A stretch of DNA of 49,931 nucleotides from Fibrobacterota bacterium. Its GTDB lineage: Bacteria > Fibrobacterota > Fibrobacteria > UBA11236. Position 1 is the stretch's first letter. Every line of letters starts with the position of its first letter. The notes beneath the pieces were generated by a model. The model saw only the letters and a list, made by a program, of their open reading frames with translations. It searched no databases and was not told the DNA's origin. The stretch lies in the NCBI GenBank assembly GCA_043753995.1, contig JAYUVP010000149.1, positions 1 to 49,931 on the forward strand, in the 5' to 3' direction. The position numbers and the translations under genes are program-made. Below, one piece after another: positions 8,175 through 17,332 of this stretch.

Positions 8175-10745
8175 ATGAAATATCCGAAATTCCAAATAAC
8201 TCTAATTTTAATAATGCTCTCCGGAGTATTCTTTATTGTTAGCGCACAAATGGAGAACTACACTTTCAGTCTTACCCAATCAACACCGCAGTATACATTC
8301 TGGACCACAACTCCAAGCATCCGTGTCTTTAAGGATAGTCCGGTACCTAAAATGACTGGTTCGTCAATAAATGTGTTTTGTGCAAAAAATGAAACGGAAC
8401 CTTTTGTTGTAGTTGTTAAACCTGCTCAAAGCGGGACTGTGACTATTTCAGTCGGAAATTTCGGGTCGGGTATCGAGGCAGAACTCAATCAGGTTAAATA
8501 TGTACCGATCACGACTCCATCGGATAACCTAGGCAAAACGGGTTTTTATCCCGATCCGGTGATGCCGATTGCGAATAACGCTTCTGTAACAGTCACCGCT
8601 AATGAAAATACTGAATATTGGGTGACACTTTTCGTTTCCTCCACGGCTGTAGCTGGAGATTACACGAGTTCGATAACTCTTGGAGGCGTCACGATTCCAG
8701 TTAAGCTACACGTATTTAATTTTGTAATGCCGTCCGAGCTCCATGTAGAATCACAGATGAACTTATCCTATGAAACCATATTATCCAAATATGGCGTAAC
8801 TGGAACGTCAACGGATTACTGGAACTATGTCGAAAAAATCAAACTCTTTTTCATCCGTCGTCGCTTAACACCAACGAATCCAACATGGCCAGGTGGTCTG
8901 ACCAGCAGTGGCGGAGAGAGTTTTGTCAATTACGATTGCAATGGGACAATATCTGATCCGTATGGAATCTGGGGTTTTGAAGGACCCGCCGAAAAGTATA
9001 TAAAGGGAACAGGATTCAATAGCGGAACAGGTTTTCCTTCCTTCCAGGCAATTTCCTTCCGCAATAACGATGCGTCCGCTGATCAACGACCCGGCACTTT
9101 TTGTACAAATACCTTGAGCCAATCGGACTGGTATTCAGGAAATAATCCTCAGTCTGCTTATAATCTAAAATGGTTTTCATACTTGAAATCGTTACAGGAT
9201 TATTTAAACGGTCAAAGCCTTCTAGGTAAAGCATACTACTATCTGGCAAATGAACCCCAGGATCAAGCTGGCTATGATGCCGTTGCGTGGTACACACAAG
9301 AGATTAAAAAAAACGCACCGCTTTTAAAACTGATGGTCTCAGAGGAACCCCGTTCTGAAATTTATAGTCATCCAACCTATCGTGGCGCAAAGGTTGATAT
9401 CTGGTTGCCTGTTCTGCAAAATTATAACCCGTCAATTTCATGGGAACGGGAAAAAAGCAATGGAGAGAAAACATGGATATACTTTCTCCACAGTACACGT
9501 CCTCCTTATTTCAATCCGGTAACGGTGGATCACCCTGGAATTGAGAGTAAGCTTACCGGTTGGTTTCTATGGAAATATCGTATCAGAGGTATCGCCTATT
9601 ACGCCCTCAATGACTGGAGTCAAAATCCCTGGACCAACCCGCGTGCTAATAATCACAATGGTGATCTTTTTATGCTTTATCCACCGTCCGAGAGTAACAC
9701 TGCAATTGCGTTCGGTGCAACAGATCATCGCCTTGTATCATCGCAGCGATTAGAGTTGATGAGGGATGGGCTGGAGGATTTTGAATACCTTTATTTACTT
9801 AACAATGGCAAACTTCCAGAAGTTCTGCAAGAGAACGCTTCTGATTCGCAGGTTAACAAGATTATCTCTGGTCTTACAAGTTACTCCCGCGATGATGAAT
9901 TCATGTACAATATTCGCCGCCTGATGGGATTGAAACTCGGTGGTGAGCTTTTGACAATACCAAATATTACTCCGCAAGGAACTCATCCGCGGGCTGCAGG
10001 AGCTCCTGGAAATTATTTTATAAATTTTCAGGACCCTAACGGCGCGCCCCTCGTCAATCCGCTTGTTGTCGATGGGAATACGTATATGAAAATAGGTTGG
10101 AATAATTACAACGATTCACTGGGGCATGGATGGTTTGGCGATATGGCTAATGTTAAATACTCGTATTTGAGCACCGGACCCAATGAACTCCAGAAAAGCG
10201 TTATCTACGATGACTGGGGACGACTGAAAACTTTCGAATTTGCGTGTCCCAATGGTGAATACGATGTCACGATATCAGTAGGATGGGCTGGCAAGGGCTA
10301 TCAACACCAAAAAGTCGCGGTTGAGGGCGTAAATTTTGTCAATGATGAAGCAACAACAGTAGCTGCACCTTACCTTATCAGAAGCAAGCCAGTAACTATT
10401 TCTGATCAGAAACTCACCATGGAGATGGGCATTTTTGATGAGTATACAATGTTAAATTATATGACTATTATAGCGAGGGGTACACCGGTTCGGCATATAC
10501 AAAAAACAACTTACAGCAAAACAGTTACCGTGAGCAGTTCTCACAATGGCATCTCGCTTCTTTGTAACAATCCGGAGATCTTGTCTGCTTCAATATTTAA
10601 CAGTACTGGAAAGCTGTTGTATAATTTCCCTATCAAATATAAGATGGGGGTTATAGGTAGAGCACAGGTCCAAAGTGGTTTGTATTTTGTTAGAGTTGAC
10701 AATAAGTATGGTACGTTACATCTTGAAAAGGTGATTGTGAGATGA
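8175..10745 (+). CDS. Secreted DUF4091/GH123-like glycoside hydrolase with T9SS-like C-terminal domain
   Basis: AKNETEPF, YPDP, YLANEP, GIAYY, NGDLFMLYP, SQRLELMRDGLEDFEYL; C-terminal SGLYFVRV...KVIVR. ORF opens at 8136; ATG 8175 fits the signal peptide. Visibly AT-rich. Confidence 0.8.
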   Translation: MKYPKFQITLILIMLSGVFFIVSAQMENYTFSLTQSTPQYTFWTTTPSIRVFKDSPVPKMTGSSINVFCAKNETEPFVVVVKPAQSGTVTISVGNFGSGIEAELNQVKYVPITTPSDNLGKTGFYPDPVMPIANNASVTVTANENTEYWVTLFVSSTAVAGDYTSSITLGGVTIPVKLHVFNFVMPSELHVESQMNLSYETILSKYGVTGTSTDYWNYVEKIKLFFIRRRLTPTNPTWPGGLTSSGGESFVNYDCNGTISDPYGIWGFEGPAEKYIKGTGFNSGTGFPSFQAISFRNNDASADQRPGTFCTNTLSQSDWYSGNNPQSAYNLKWFSYLKSLQDYLNGQSLLGKAYYYLANEPQDQAGYDAVAWYTQEIKKNAPLLKLMVSEEPRSEIYSHPTYRGAKVDIWLPVLQNYNPSISWEREKSNGEKTWIYFLHSTRPPYFNPVTVDHPGIESKLTGWFLWKYRIRGIAYYALNDWSQNPWTNPRANNHNGDLFMLYPPSESNTAIAFGATDHRLVSSQRLELMRDGLEDFEYLYLLNNGKLPEVLQENASDSQVNKIISGLTSYSRDDEFMYNIRRLMGLKLGGELLTIPNITPQGTHPRAAGAPGNYFINFQDPNGAPLVNPLVVDGNTYMKIGWNNYNDSLGHGWFGDMANVKYSYLSTGPNELQKSVIYDDWGRLKTFEFACPNGEYDVTISVGWAGKGYQHQKVAVEGVNFVNDEATTVAAPYLIRSKPVTISDQKLTMEMGIFDEYTMLNYMTIIARGTPVRHIQKTTYSKTVTVSSSHNGISLLCNNPEILSASIFNSTGKLLYNFPIKYKMGVIGRAQVQSGLYFVRVDNKYGTLHLEKVIVR

Positions 10746-10749
10746 TGAT

Positions 10750-10875
10750 TTTTGAATGCTGTAGCTCCAAGTCTATCCACTTTTGCGTCAGCGCCTTGCA
10801 TTTCTTGAATGTCGCCGTTTCCTGACGGAACCGCTTTAACGCCTCTGGCCTTACGTATTCAGTTTTGCTTTTCAC
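10750..10875 (-). pseudogene. C-terminal fragment of DUF6788-like (IS-associated) protein
   Basis: KSKTEYVRPE...FKKCKALTQKWIDLELQHS resembles the DUF6788 C-terminal half; the CGK/HGPY N-terminal half is absent. Confidence 0.4.
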
Positions 10876-10913
10876 CCTAGGAGACTTCGCTTCGGTTTTC
10901 CGCTTCAGCGAGT

Positions 10914-11660
10914 TTCAGAATTCTCTGGAACTCACGGGTAGGATTCCATTGGAACTTGGCACGGTGGTGACGGGCTTTTTGGTTTGGAATGGCGACAAAA
11001 TCCTCAAAGGCAAACTTCAAAATAGGGTCAAGGGCAAGCGCAAATACGAGGAAATGATCAGCCGCAGTGGGGAGACCACCCAGCCTCCCCACGCCCCGCA
11101 TTTTTGGAGCAAGGCGCCAGCCAATTGTGTGACCCCAGCCTTTTTCCTGTCGTCCTGAATCCATTTCGCAAAATACGCCTGCGCTACATCATTCCCACGC
11201 GATTCATGGATGGCGAATATCGCTGCTCATTTCATCTTTCATCCCCCACAAGACATGCTCCGCCTTGCTGGAGACTTTACCGGGGCGAAACGATTGCTAA
11301 GCAGACAATCGAAAAACCAAAGACCATTGTCATGGAGGATGGGACGCAATTCGTTCGCACTTTCGGCAATACGCTGTTTTATCCAATGACCAAGACCATG
11401 CCCGTCGATCTTGGGGCCGCCTGGGGATTCGTCGATACTAAATACGCTCTACCTTCCCGACTATTCATCACCCCGCCTCCTTCTCTGAATGGCTTAAAAA
11501 GCCGCGCGTCGATTAACACCCTTACCGGCGACAAGATCCGGGAAGCCTGGCTCGGGAGCGGCCGCGAATTCGCAATCCCCATCGACAATCTGGCGCGCGG
11601 ACGGTATGTATTCGAGTTGAAGGGAGCGGGGTTTAGAAGAACGGAGCCATTCGATCTTCC
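10914..11660 (+). pseudogene. Truncated, internally deleted paralog of the VIT-like protein at 38182-40503
   Basis: NSLELTGRIPLELGTVVTGFLVWNGDKILKGKL vs NTLEINGDFTLPIEATVVGLLLWDGDKILEAKL; FPVVLNPFRKIRLRYIIP vs YPVKANATRRFRLRYHLP. Frameshifted; ends in T9SS-like LARGRYVFELK. Confidence 0.65.
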
Positions 11661-11763
11661 TCAACTTCGAGGATCCGTCGATCGCGCCCAAACGCAAAGC
11701 CCCGCTCACAATGAGGATGCTTTGGCTTTGAATGTCTCGGCTGGAACGCCGGGAGCCGAATCC

Positions 11764-11882
11764 GGAAAAACCACACTCTGCCATATACCCGGGGCGATCT
11801 CTCCAAGGCGGCCACGCTTTCAGTCAAGAATAACACGGTTGCCTTGCACTTGGCGCATGGGTACAGCCGTGGACCTTGCTAA
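11764..11882 (+). pseudogene. Frameshifted 3' fragment carrying a 'CHIPPG...HLAHG..GPC' small domain
   Basis: GKTTLCHIPG, then frameshifted GDLSKAATLSVKNNTVALHLAHGYSRGPC-stop. Confidence 0.55.
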
Positions 11883-12049
11883 ACGAAGTAACGTCGACAC
11901 TCCGGCCAATCCGTCCACTCCCCTGCATTTTCCTGTTCCGGATTTTCCGCCGTCTGCGGCTTGGGAATGATCGGCTTCACGCAGGAGGATCACGGGTGAT
12001 TGCTTTTGTGCGAGACCGGCGGGGGTGCGCCGGGGGAGTCATGTGCGGG

Positions 12050-13009
12050 TTACGGGGTGTACTGGGTATGTGTGAATTCGCCTGTACCGCCCGCCTCATT
12101 GTCGATGATGATGAATTGCGCGGGATTCGTCCTTAGGACCTCGTATGGATAGACCTTGGAGGATGTCGTCAAGGTGCTCGAATTTCCGTTCGACATGCCT
12201 GTCATGCCGCCGATCTTGAACACGTATACTCTCGGATCCCCCACGGCTGTCGTACGCGAAGCGCGGAAATCGTTGGCCCCTGCGCTCTTATAGATCATCC
12301 CGCCGAGGGTGCGGATCGAGGGGGTTATCACATAATCGCAATTCGGACAGGTCGCCTGGATCATATCCAGGGACAGGCTGGTAATCCGCGTGGAATTCGC
12401 GTTGGTCAAGGGGGCCACAATCCACATGAAATACCCGTTTTCGCCCGCCTTGAAGGTGTAGTTGATATAGGATGACAGGTTTCCCTGAACGGCATCGTCG
12501 TTCCAGGCGAGGATCTTCACCGGCACCTGCGCCGTCTTGGGAATTTCGCCATTAGCGATGAACCCGGCATGGGTGAATTGGATCAGAAAGGCGACGGGAT
12601 CGGAAATCCCCTTATTCACCTCGTTGATGGATCTGGCCCGGAAAAAGATTTGATCGCCTTCGCTGGCATGGAAAATCCCCTTGGAGAGCCGCAGGCATTG
12701 CCCGGAGACACTAAGGACGTTGGACGCAGCCGCTTTTTGCAAAGCGCCGACTTCATCTGAAACCGGGGAAGGTACGGTTTCCCGGATCGGAGCCGATGCC
12801 TCGAATCCGAATTTTGCATCCAGCGCAGCCAGACCGGCCTCGAGCGCTTCGTCGGGACCCGCTTTCAGCTTCTGAACTTCCAGAGCATACTCCTGTTCGG
12901 AAGCCGTCTCCGGGGGATGGGTTGATTCCTGTTGGCATCCCAATAGGGCTAGCGCCGCAGTGGCAATGGGAAGTAAACTGAATATGGGAAAACGGGATTG
13001 ACGGTTCAT
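12050..13009 (-). CDS. Hypothetical lipoprotein
   Basis: Lipobox LLGC; LQKAAA linker; 319 aa. Confidence 0.75.
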   Translation of the reverse strand: MNRQSRFPIFSLLPIATAALALLGCQQESTHPPETASEQEYALEVQKLKAGPDEALEAGLAALDAKFGFEASAPIRETVPSPVSDEVGALQKAAASNVLSVSGQCLRLSKGIFHASEGDQIFFRARSINEVNKGISDPVAFLIQFTHAGFIANGEIPKTAQVPVKILAWNDDAVQGNLSSYINYTFKAGENGYFMWIVAPLTNANSTRITSLSLDMIQATCPNCDYVITPSIRTLGGMIYKSAGANDFRASRTTAVGDPRVYVFKIGGMTGMSNGNSSTLTTSSKVYPYEVLRTNPAQFIIIDNEAGGTGEFTHTQYTP

Positions 13010-13113
13010 CGGGAAGCCTTTCGATTGAACTGGATGTATTTAGATGCGCGGCTATCCCGGATTGTTTCAAATCATTCGAACAGCTGCCTTTTGTGATAAG
13101 AATCGAAATTCAT

Positions 13114-13220
13114 CCGGGGGAAGGCGAGGCCGACAAGTGCGACGCGGAGGAAGTCGGGCCGAGCCTGGGGGGCGTTTGGGAAGCCCGGAACAAGTGGCTG
13201 AGCCCCCCGGAAAACCAGGG
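13114..13220. repeat. GC-rich C module (copy C2)
   Basis: ccgggggaaggcgaggccgacaag...cctggggggcgtttgggaagcccggaac...gccccccggaaaaccaggg, homologous to 23321-23427. Confidence 0.9.
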
Positions 13221-13490
13221 TTTTTGCCCTGGTGCTGACGGCCCCCGGGATGTTCCGGCGGGTCGCCAATTGGCTTGTCTAGGGGGTCCTATTCCTGTTT
13301 CTTAGCATCGGCTCCACGGTTTCATTCACGTCGTTGGAAGAGCGCATTTTGGCGCTGTGGAGCGCGATAACGCGTTCAAGCAGAGCATAGCACAGAAGCC
13401 CGAGGCCAAGACTTTTGCTTTTTTCGACGGCCCGCCTTTCGCCACCGGTTGGCCACATTATGGGCATTTGCTGGCTGGGACCATCCAGGA
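13221..13490 (+). pseudogene. ileS: Partial duplicate of ileS leader and first ~65 codons (includes HIGH motif)
   Basis: Aligns to ~23500-23772; ATG changed to CTG, 1-nt deletion; encodes FFDGPPFATGWPHYGHLLAGTI. Confidence 0.92.
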
Positions 13491-13522
13491 GCAACCGGAA
13501 CATCCAGGCCCGGCCGGGCCGG

Positions 13523-14026
13523 TCAGGCGACCGGGGCTTCCCAATCGTCCATGGCCATAATGCCGCCATCGACCCAGGTCCATTCGATCTTCTTGTAGGA
13601 GAAGTGGATTTCCTCCATGTCCTTTACCTGGGAGAGCGCCGGGTTTTTATTGTTGAGCATTAGGAAATTGATGGCCGCAATATTGGCATTGGTCAACTTG
13701 ACTGTATAGTGCTGCTTCTCGGCGCCCATGCCGGTGGCGGCGGCGAGCTGGGGGGTCCAGAACTGGACCGAAAGCTCGGGGATGTTCTCGTTGTTGCAGA
13801 GGGCGTTGTAAAGCAAGGGCGAGGACTTGTCCAGCTGCTTGGTGATGACGAAGGGCTTGTGCTGGCGCTTGCCGGTGGGCAGGCCGGAGGCCGTATCCCG
13901 GGGCGAGACGATGGTATGGTTGACGGCGATGACCTCGATCCAGCCTTCGCGGCCCTTCTGCGTCACAGAACCGAGGATCTGGCCCTGCTTCTGGCCTTTC
14001 AGTCTGAGATATGCATTCAATGCCAT
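13523..14026 (-). CDS. hcp: Type VI secretion tube protein Hcp (TssD), orphan
   Basis: MALNAYLRLKGQKQG...SPRDTASGLPTGKRQHKPFVITKQLDKSSPLLY...YKKIEWTW...DDW; GGAGG RBS before ATG 14026. Confidence 0.93.
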   Translation of the reverse strand: MALNAYLRLKGQKQGQILGSVTQKGREGWIEVIAVNHTIVSPRDTASGLPTGKRQHKPFVITKQLDKSSPLLYNALCNNENIPELSVQFWTPQLAAATGMGAEKQHYTVKLTNANIAAINFLMLNNKNPALSQVKDMEEIHFSYKKIEWTWVDGGIMAMDDWEAPVA

Positions 14027-14044
14027 GGCTTCCCCTCCACCTGG

Positions 14045-14060
14045 GAGCATAGGTAAATCA
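14045..14060 (-). repeat. Truncated oriIS-like end motif, copy A4
   Basis: GAGCATAGGTAAATCA is an exact 16-nt match to the motif end, 18 bp upstream of the hcp start. Confidence 0.65.
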
Positions 14061-14351
14061 TCTTTGCATTTTCATCACCCTGCAAAGCGGCAAGTTTATC
14101 CGCACCGATTCGAGAATCGACTTATTCTGCACTTAGTTGCCAAAATCACAATGACTATCCTCTCCTTCTCGATAGTCGATCCTGCACTTTGTCACACTTG
14201 GTAAAATCATCTTTGCAAATTTAAGGTTCTATGGAGTAAACGAGATACGTGGTTCAGAGCCAAAAAGATGTTTGATAGGGTGCTGTAATGACGGGGTAGG
14301 TGGCTTCGAATTACAATGGGTGGGCTGGTGGCCAGCGGGACCGCGAAGGGC

Positions 14352-14657
14352 TTAGAACAAGGGCTTGATGGCGCGGCGGAACTCATCGGCGACCCTTGCG
14401 CCGAGGCCTCTGGCGTCCATCAGATTCACGGTTTCACTACCTCCCGTATCGTCAAAGATCTTGCCGACCAGCTGTCCGTTCACCCTGAGTGTGATGGATT
14501 TGATCTGGATCGCCTTGGAGCTGGGCTCGCAGACCATGTGCAGATAGGTTTCGCTGGTCATGCTGGAAGGGAATATCCAGTCATCGCTTCCGAAGCTCCG
14601 TTTCCAACCAAGGTCCTCAAACTGCTTAATGCTGGAAATGTTGACGTTAAAGAACAT
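14352..14657 (-). CDS. Small hypothetical protein (101 aa)
   Basis: GGAGG RBS before ATG 14657 (MFFNVNISS...). Confidence 0.6.
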   Translation of the reverse strand: MFFNVNISSIKQFEDLGWKRSFGSDDWIFPSSMTSETYLHMVCEPSSKAIQIKSITLRVNGQLVGKIFDDTGGSETVNLMDARGLGARVADEFRRAIKPLF

Positions 14658-14715
14658 GAAAACCTCCCATGCACGTCCCCAGAGGCGGCCACCAAAGGGA
14701 AAGAATAATTTTTTA

Positions 14716-14763
14716 GAGAATAGGCAAATCAAAACACCTTACCCATCAAAAAACGCCTTCTCT
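14716..14763 (-). repeat. oriIS-like end motif, copy A5
   Basis: GAGAATAGGCAAATCAAAACACCTTACCCATCAAAAAACGCCTTCTCT. Confidence 0.8.
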
Positions 14764-14815
14764 CGACACAGCGCAGACACACCACATCCTCGCCAAAGGT
14801 CCGCCGCAAAAGTTC

Positions 14816-14863
14816 ATGCCAGGCGAAGGCACGGAGTTCCGTATCTACCTGCCCCTGGTCTGA
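14816..14863 (+). pseudogene. 3' scrap of a sensor histidine kinase (HATPase_c C-terminal motif)
   Basis: Encodes PGEGTEFRIYLPLV-stop, the typical kinase C-terminal G-x-G-T-x-F-x-I-x-L-P motif. Confidence 0.6.
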
Positions 14864-14934
14864 ACCCGGACCCCGAATAAACCTAATTTTCGGGTTACCG
14901 GGCTCTTCTCTTACCGGTCCAAAGGCAGGTACCC

Positions 14935-16491
14935 ATGGACAAGCCGCACCTCCCCTGCATCCGGACCCTTGCGTCAGCCTTCCTCCTCACTGGCCTGTTG
15001 GCCGCCTGCCAATCCGGAGGCGGCGCCGATGCCCCTCCCGACAAGGATTTCCCGGTCAACAAGAACTTGTCCGCGCTATTCACGGCCCAGGGCCTGCCCG
15101 CCGAGGTCGCGGACTTCTTCGCGGCGGCTAAGCTCGATACCGAACGCGTCGACGCGCGCACCTTCAAATACGTCCAGACCTGGCCCAACGGCGCCACCCG
15201 CACCCTCATTCTGAAGGTCACTCCCGATCAGCGGCATACCCCCACGGCCGCGGAGAGCGCCTCGGTGGCCAAGGGCGGCCCCGCTGTCTACGCCGTCCAC
15301 CATGAACGGAAGAAGGAAGGCGACGGCACGGTCAAGATCGACCTCACCTATATCGTCCCCACCGCCTCCCTGCCGGCGGAACTGAAAGTTGCTCTGGCCT
15401 CCGTCTCGCCGCCATCGAAAGCCCTGCTCCGACTCGCCGCGCCATTGGTCGGCGCCGCCGCCCCTTCCACCGCCGCCGAGGTCGACGGCGCGGGCATCGC
15501 CTGGGGCGAGGTGGCCCGCACCGGGGCCGACGTGGGCATCGGCTCCCTCATCGAAGCGGCTGGCAACCGCGGCATCCCCACCGGACCCCTTTCCGGCATC
15601 TACTCCATATCCTCGGCGGCATCGGCTATCGGCGGGGCCATGCAATTGTCCCAGCAGACGTCGAGTTGGTTCCTGGAATTGGACGCCTTGGAGAAATGCG
15701 CCAAGAATCCCACCAACCCTGTCGCGAAAAGCGATCCGAACTACATCTCCATGGCCTCAAGCAAGGTGGCCTCCGCGCGCGCCGAGCTACAGGAGGTCGG
15801 CTCCGCGCGCTTCCTCAACCAAATGAACGAGACCGCCGCGGGCATCACCCCCCAGACCTCCTACATGTCCATCCTGCTCAAGGCCGGCTTCGCCTCGAGC
15901 GACGCCGCCCTGTCGGACTTCAGCGAGAATACCGTGATGCGCGAGGCGCGCCTGGCCGTGGTCTCCTGCGACTCGACCGCGCCCAAGCTGGAGGGTAACG
16001 TGGAGGTGACCTGGACCTGCGACGAGTCCTACCCATCCGGCACCGTCAACACCGTGGTCACCATCAAGTCCTCGGTCGGGTGGGATTGGGATTCGGACTC
16101 CCGCCAATTCTGGGCCAAGGGCGAAACCACCTACAAGCGGGTCCGGACCTCGATAGGCGCCAAGACCTGCATCCTCAAGGAGGACTGGAAGGGCAGCCTG
16201 TACAGGCAGGGTGTCCTCACTATGTTCTTCGAACCGGCCGCCGTGCAGGTTCTGGGATACGACTACCTCGCCGCGGGCGAGATCAGAACCGACGTGGCCT
16301 TCACCGAATCCTGCGAGGGGACTTCGGGCACCATGCCGGAAGTCATCCAGTGGCTGCCGGACGTCCAAGGCCTAAGCGCCGGAGGGGTCATCGCCGGGGA
16401 GAAGACCAAGCCCACTTGCATCGGCATCAATGGGCCGGCCGGCAGCGAGATCACCAAGTACCGCTTCGCCGTGCCGGACGCGCCGAAGTAG
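14935..16491 (+). CDS. Hypothetical lipoprotein, GC-rich
   Basis: Lipobox LAAC; 518 aa; strong G/C third-position bias unlike neighbours. Confidence 0.8.
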   Translation: MDKPHLPCIRTLASAFLLTGLLAACQSGGGADAPPDKDFPVNKNLSALFTAQGLPAEVADFFAAAKLDTERVDARTFKYVQTWPNGATRTLILKVTPDQRHTPTAAESASVAKGGPAVYAVHHERKKEGDGTVKIDLTYIVPTASLPAELKVALASVSPPSKALLRLAAPLVGAAAPSTAAEVDGAGIAWGEVARTGADVGIGSLIEAAGNRGIPTGPLSGIYSISSAASAIGGAMQLSQQTSSWFLELDALEKCAKNPTNPVAKSDPNYISMASSKVASARAELQEVGSARFLNQMNETAAGITPQTSYMSILLKAGFASSDAALSDFSENTVMREARLAVVSCDSTAPKLEGNVEVTWTCDESYPSGTVNTVVTIKSSVGWDWDSDSRQFWAKGETTYKRVRTSIGAKTCILKEDWKGSLYRQGVLTMFFEPAAVQVLGYDYLAAGEIRTDVAFTESCEGTSGTMPEVIQWLPDVQGLSAGGVIAGEKTKPTCIGINGPAGSEITKYRFAVPDAPK

Positions 16492-16517
16492 GCGCTCCCT
16501 GGCGCCGTTCTCCGGCG

Positions 16518-17179
16518 GGGCATGGGTCAATCAAAAGCCACTTGCTATCAGATTAGAATGGAATGGGAAACCAAATGAATAGAACGGGGCGGACTATTGC
16601 TGTAACGGTTTTCTGTGCTCTTTCTCAAGTCAATGGATTCGTCCCCACTTACATAGACATTACATCCATTCAATATTCATTCTCGAATAGCCAGAATGCG
16701 CAAAATGTGGCTTTGAATGCATCGATTTATGAAATGAAAAATTTTGGCGCCGTAGGCTCACGCATGGGTCGGCCTGGGTATTGTGGGCATAGAATTTTCT
16801 CACTATGCACACCCTCATGGCCGTGAATAGGAGCTGTCGGCTTATCTGGCATTGGGTTCGATTTTATTCTTGCTTTCAAAACAATAAGAGTCAACTTTAC
16901 GGCCTTTGGGTACTCCTAAGACGCACCTCCCTGCTTCAGGGCATCGACTGTCACTTTAAATCGGTATTGCCCCGATTCCATGCGAGAGAATACCGCAAGT
17001 GAGGAATTGCAGTAACTCCTGTGTGACGTGCTTGGGAAGACAATTGCCGGTTTCGGAGTCGTCCCATATTCGCTCGAAGAGGGTCAAGCGTCAACAAGGG
17101 CGACAGGGGAAGACGGGCCGAGCCTTGGGGGCGTTTGGGAAGCCCGGAACCAGTGGCTGAGCCCACCGTAAAACCAGGG
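16518..17179 (-). mobile_element. Degenerate IS91-like mini-element: oriIS-like A6 (16518-16552), transposase remnant (16973-17057), C module (17085-17179)
   Basis: A6 matches copy consensus at 27/35; same module order as 23115-23427; ~400 bp of unrelated gene scraps between A6 and the remnant. Confidence 0.6.
16973..17057 (-). pseudogene. IS91-family transposase N-terminal remnant
   Basis: SETGNCLPKHVTQELLQFLTCGILSHGI; 74/85 nt identical to 23164-23248. Confidence 0.7.
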
Positions 17180-17332
17180 CAAGCGGCCTCCGCTACCCAC
17201 CTGTTCAAGCGCCTGCGAATGCAGGGAATCAACCTGGTTATTCGTGATGCCAAAAAAATAGTGTGCGACATTTTTAGTAGAGAAGCTCTCTAATCCTAGA
17301 CGGAAATAAATCCGCAACTCGAAAGATGAAGC

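Noticed and set aside
16563..17002. Short ORFs 16563..16826 and 16805..17002
   Set aside because: The first looks like a truncated signal-peptide gene but no family can be supported; the second overlaps the transposase remnant antisense.
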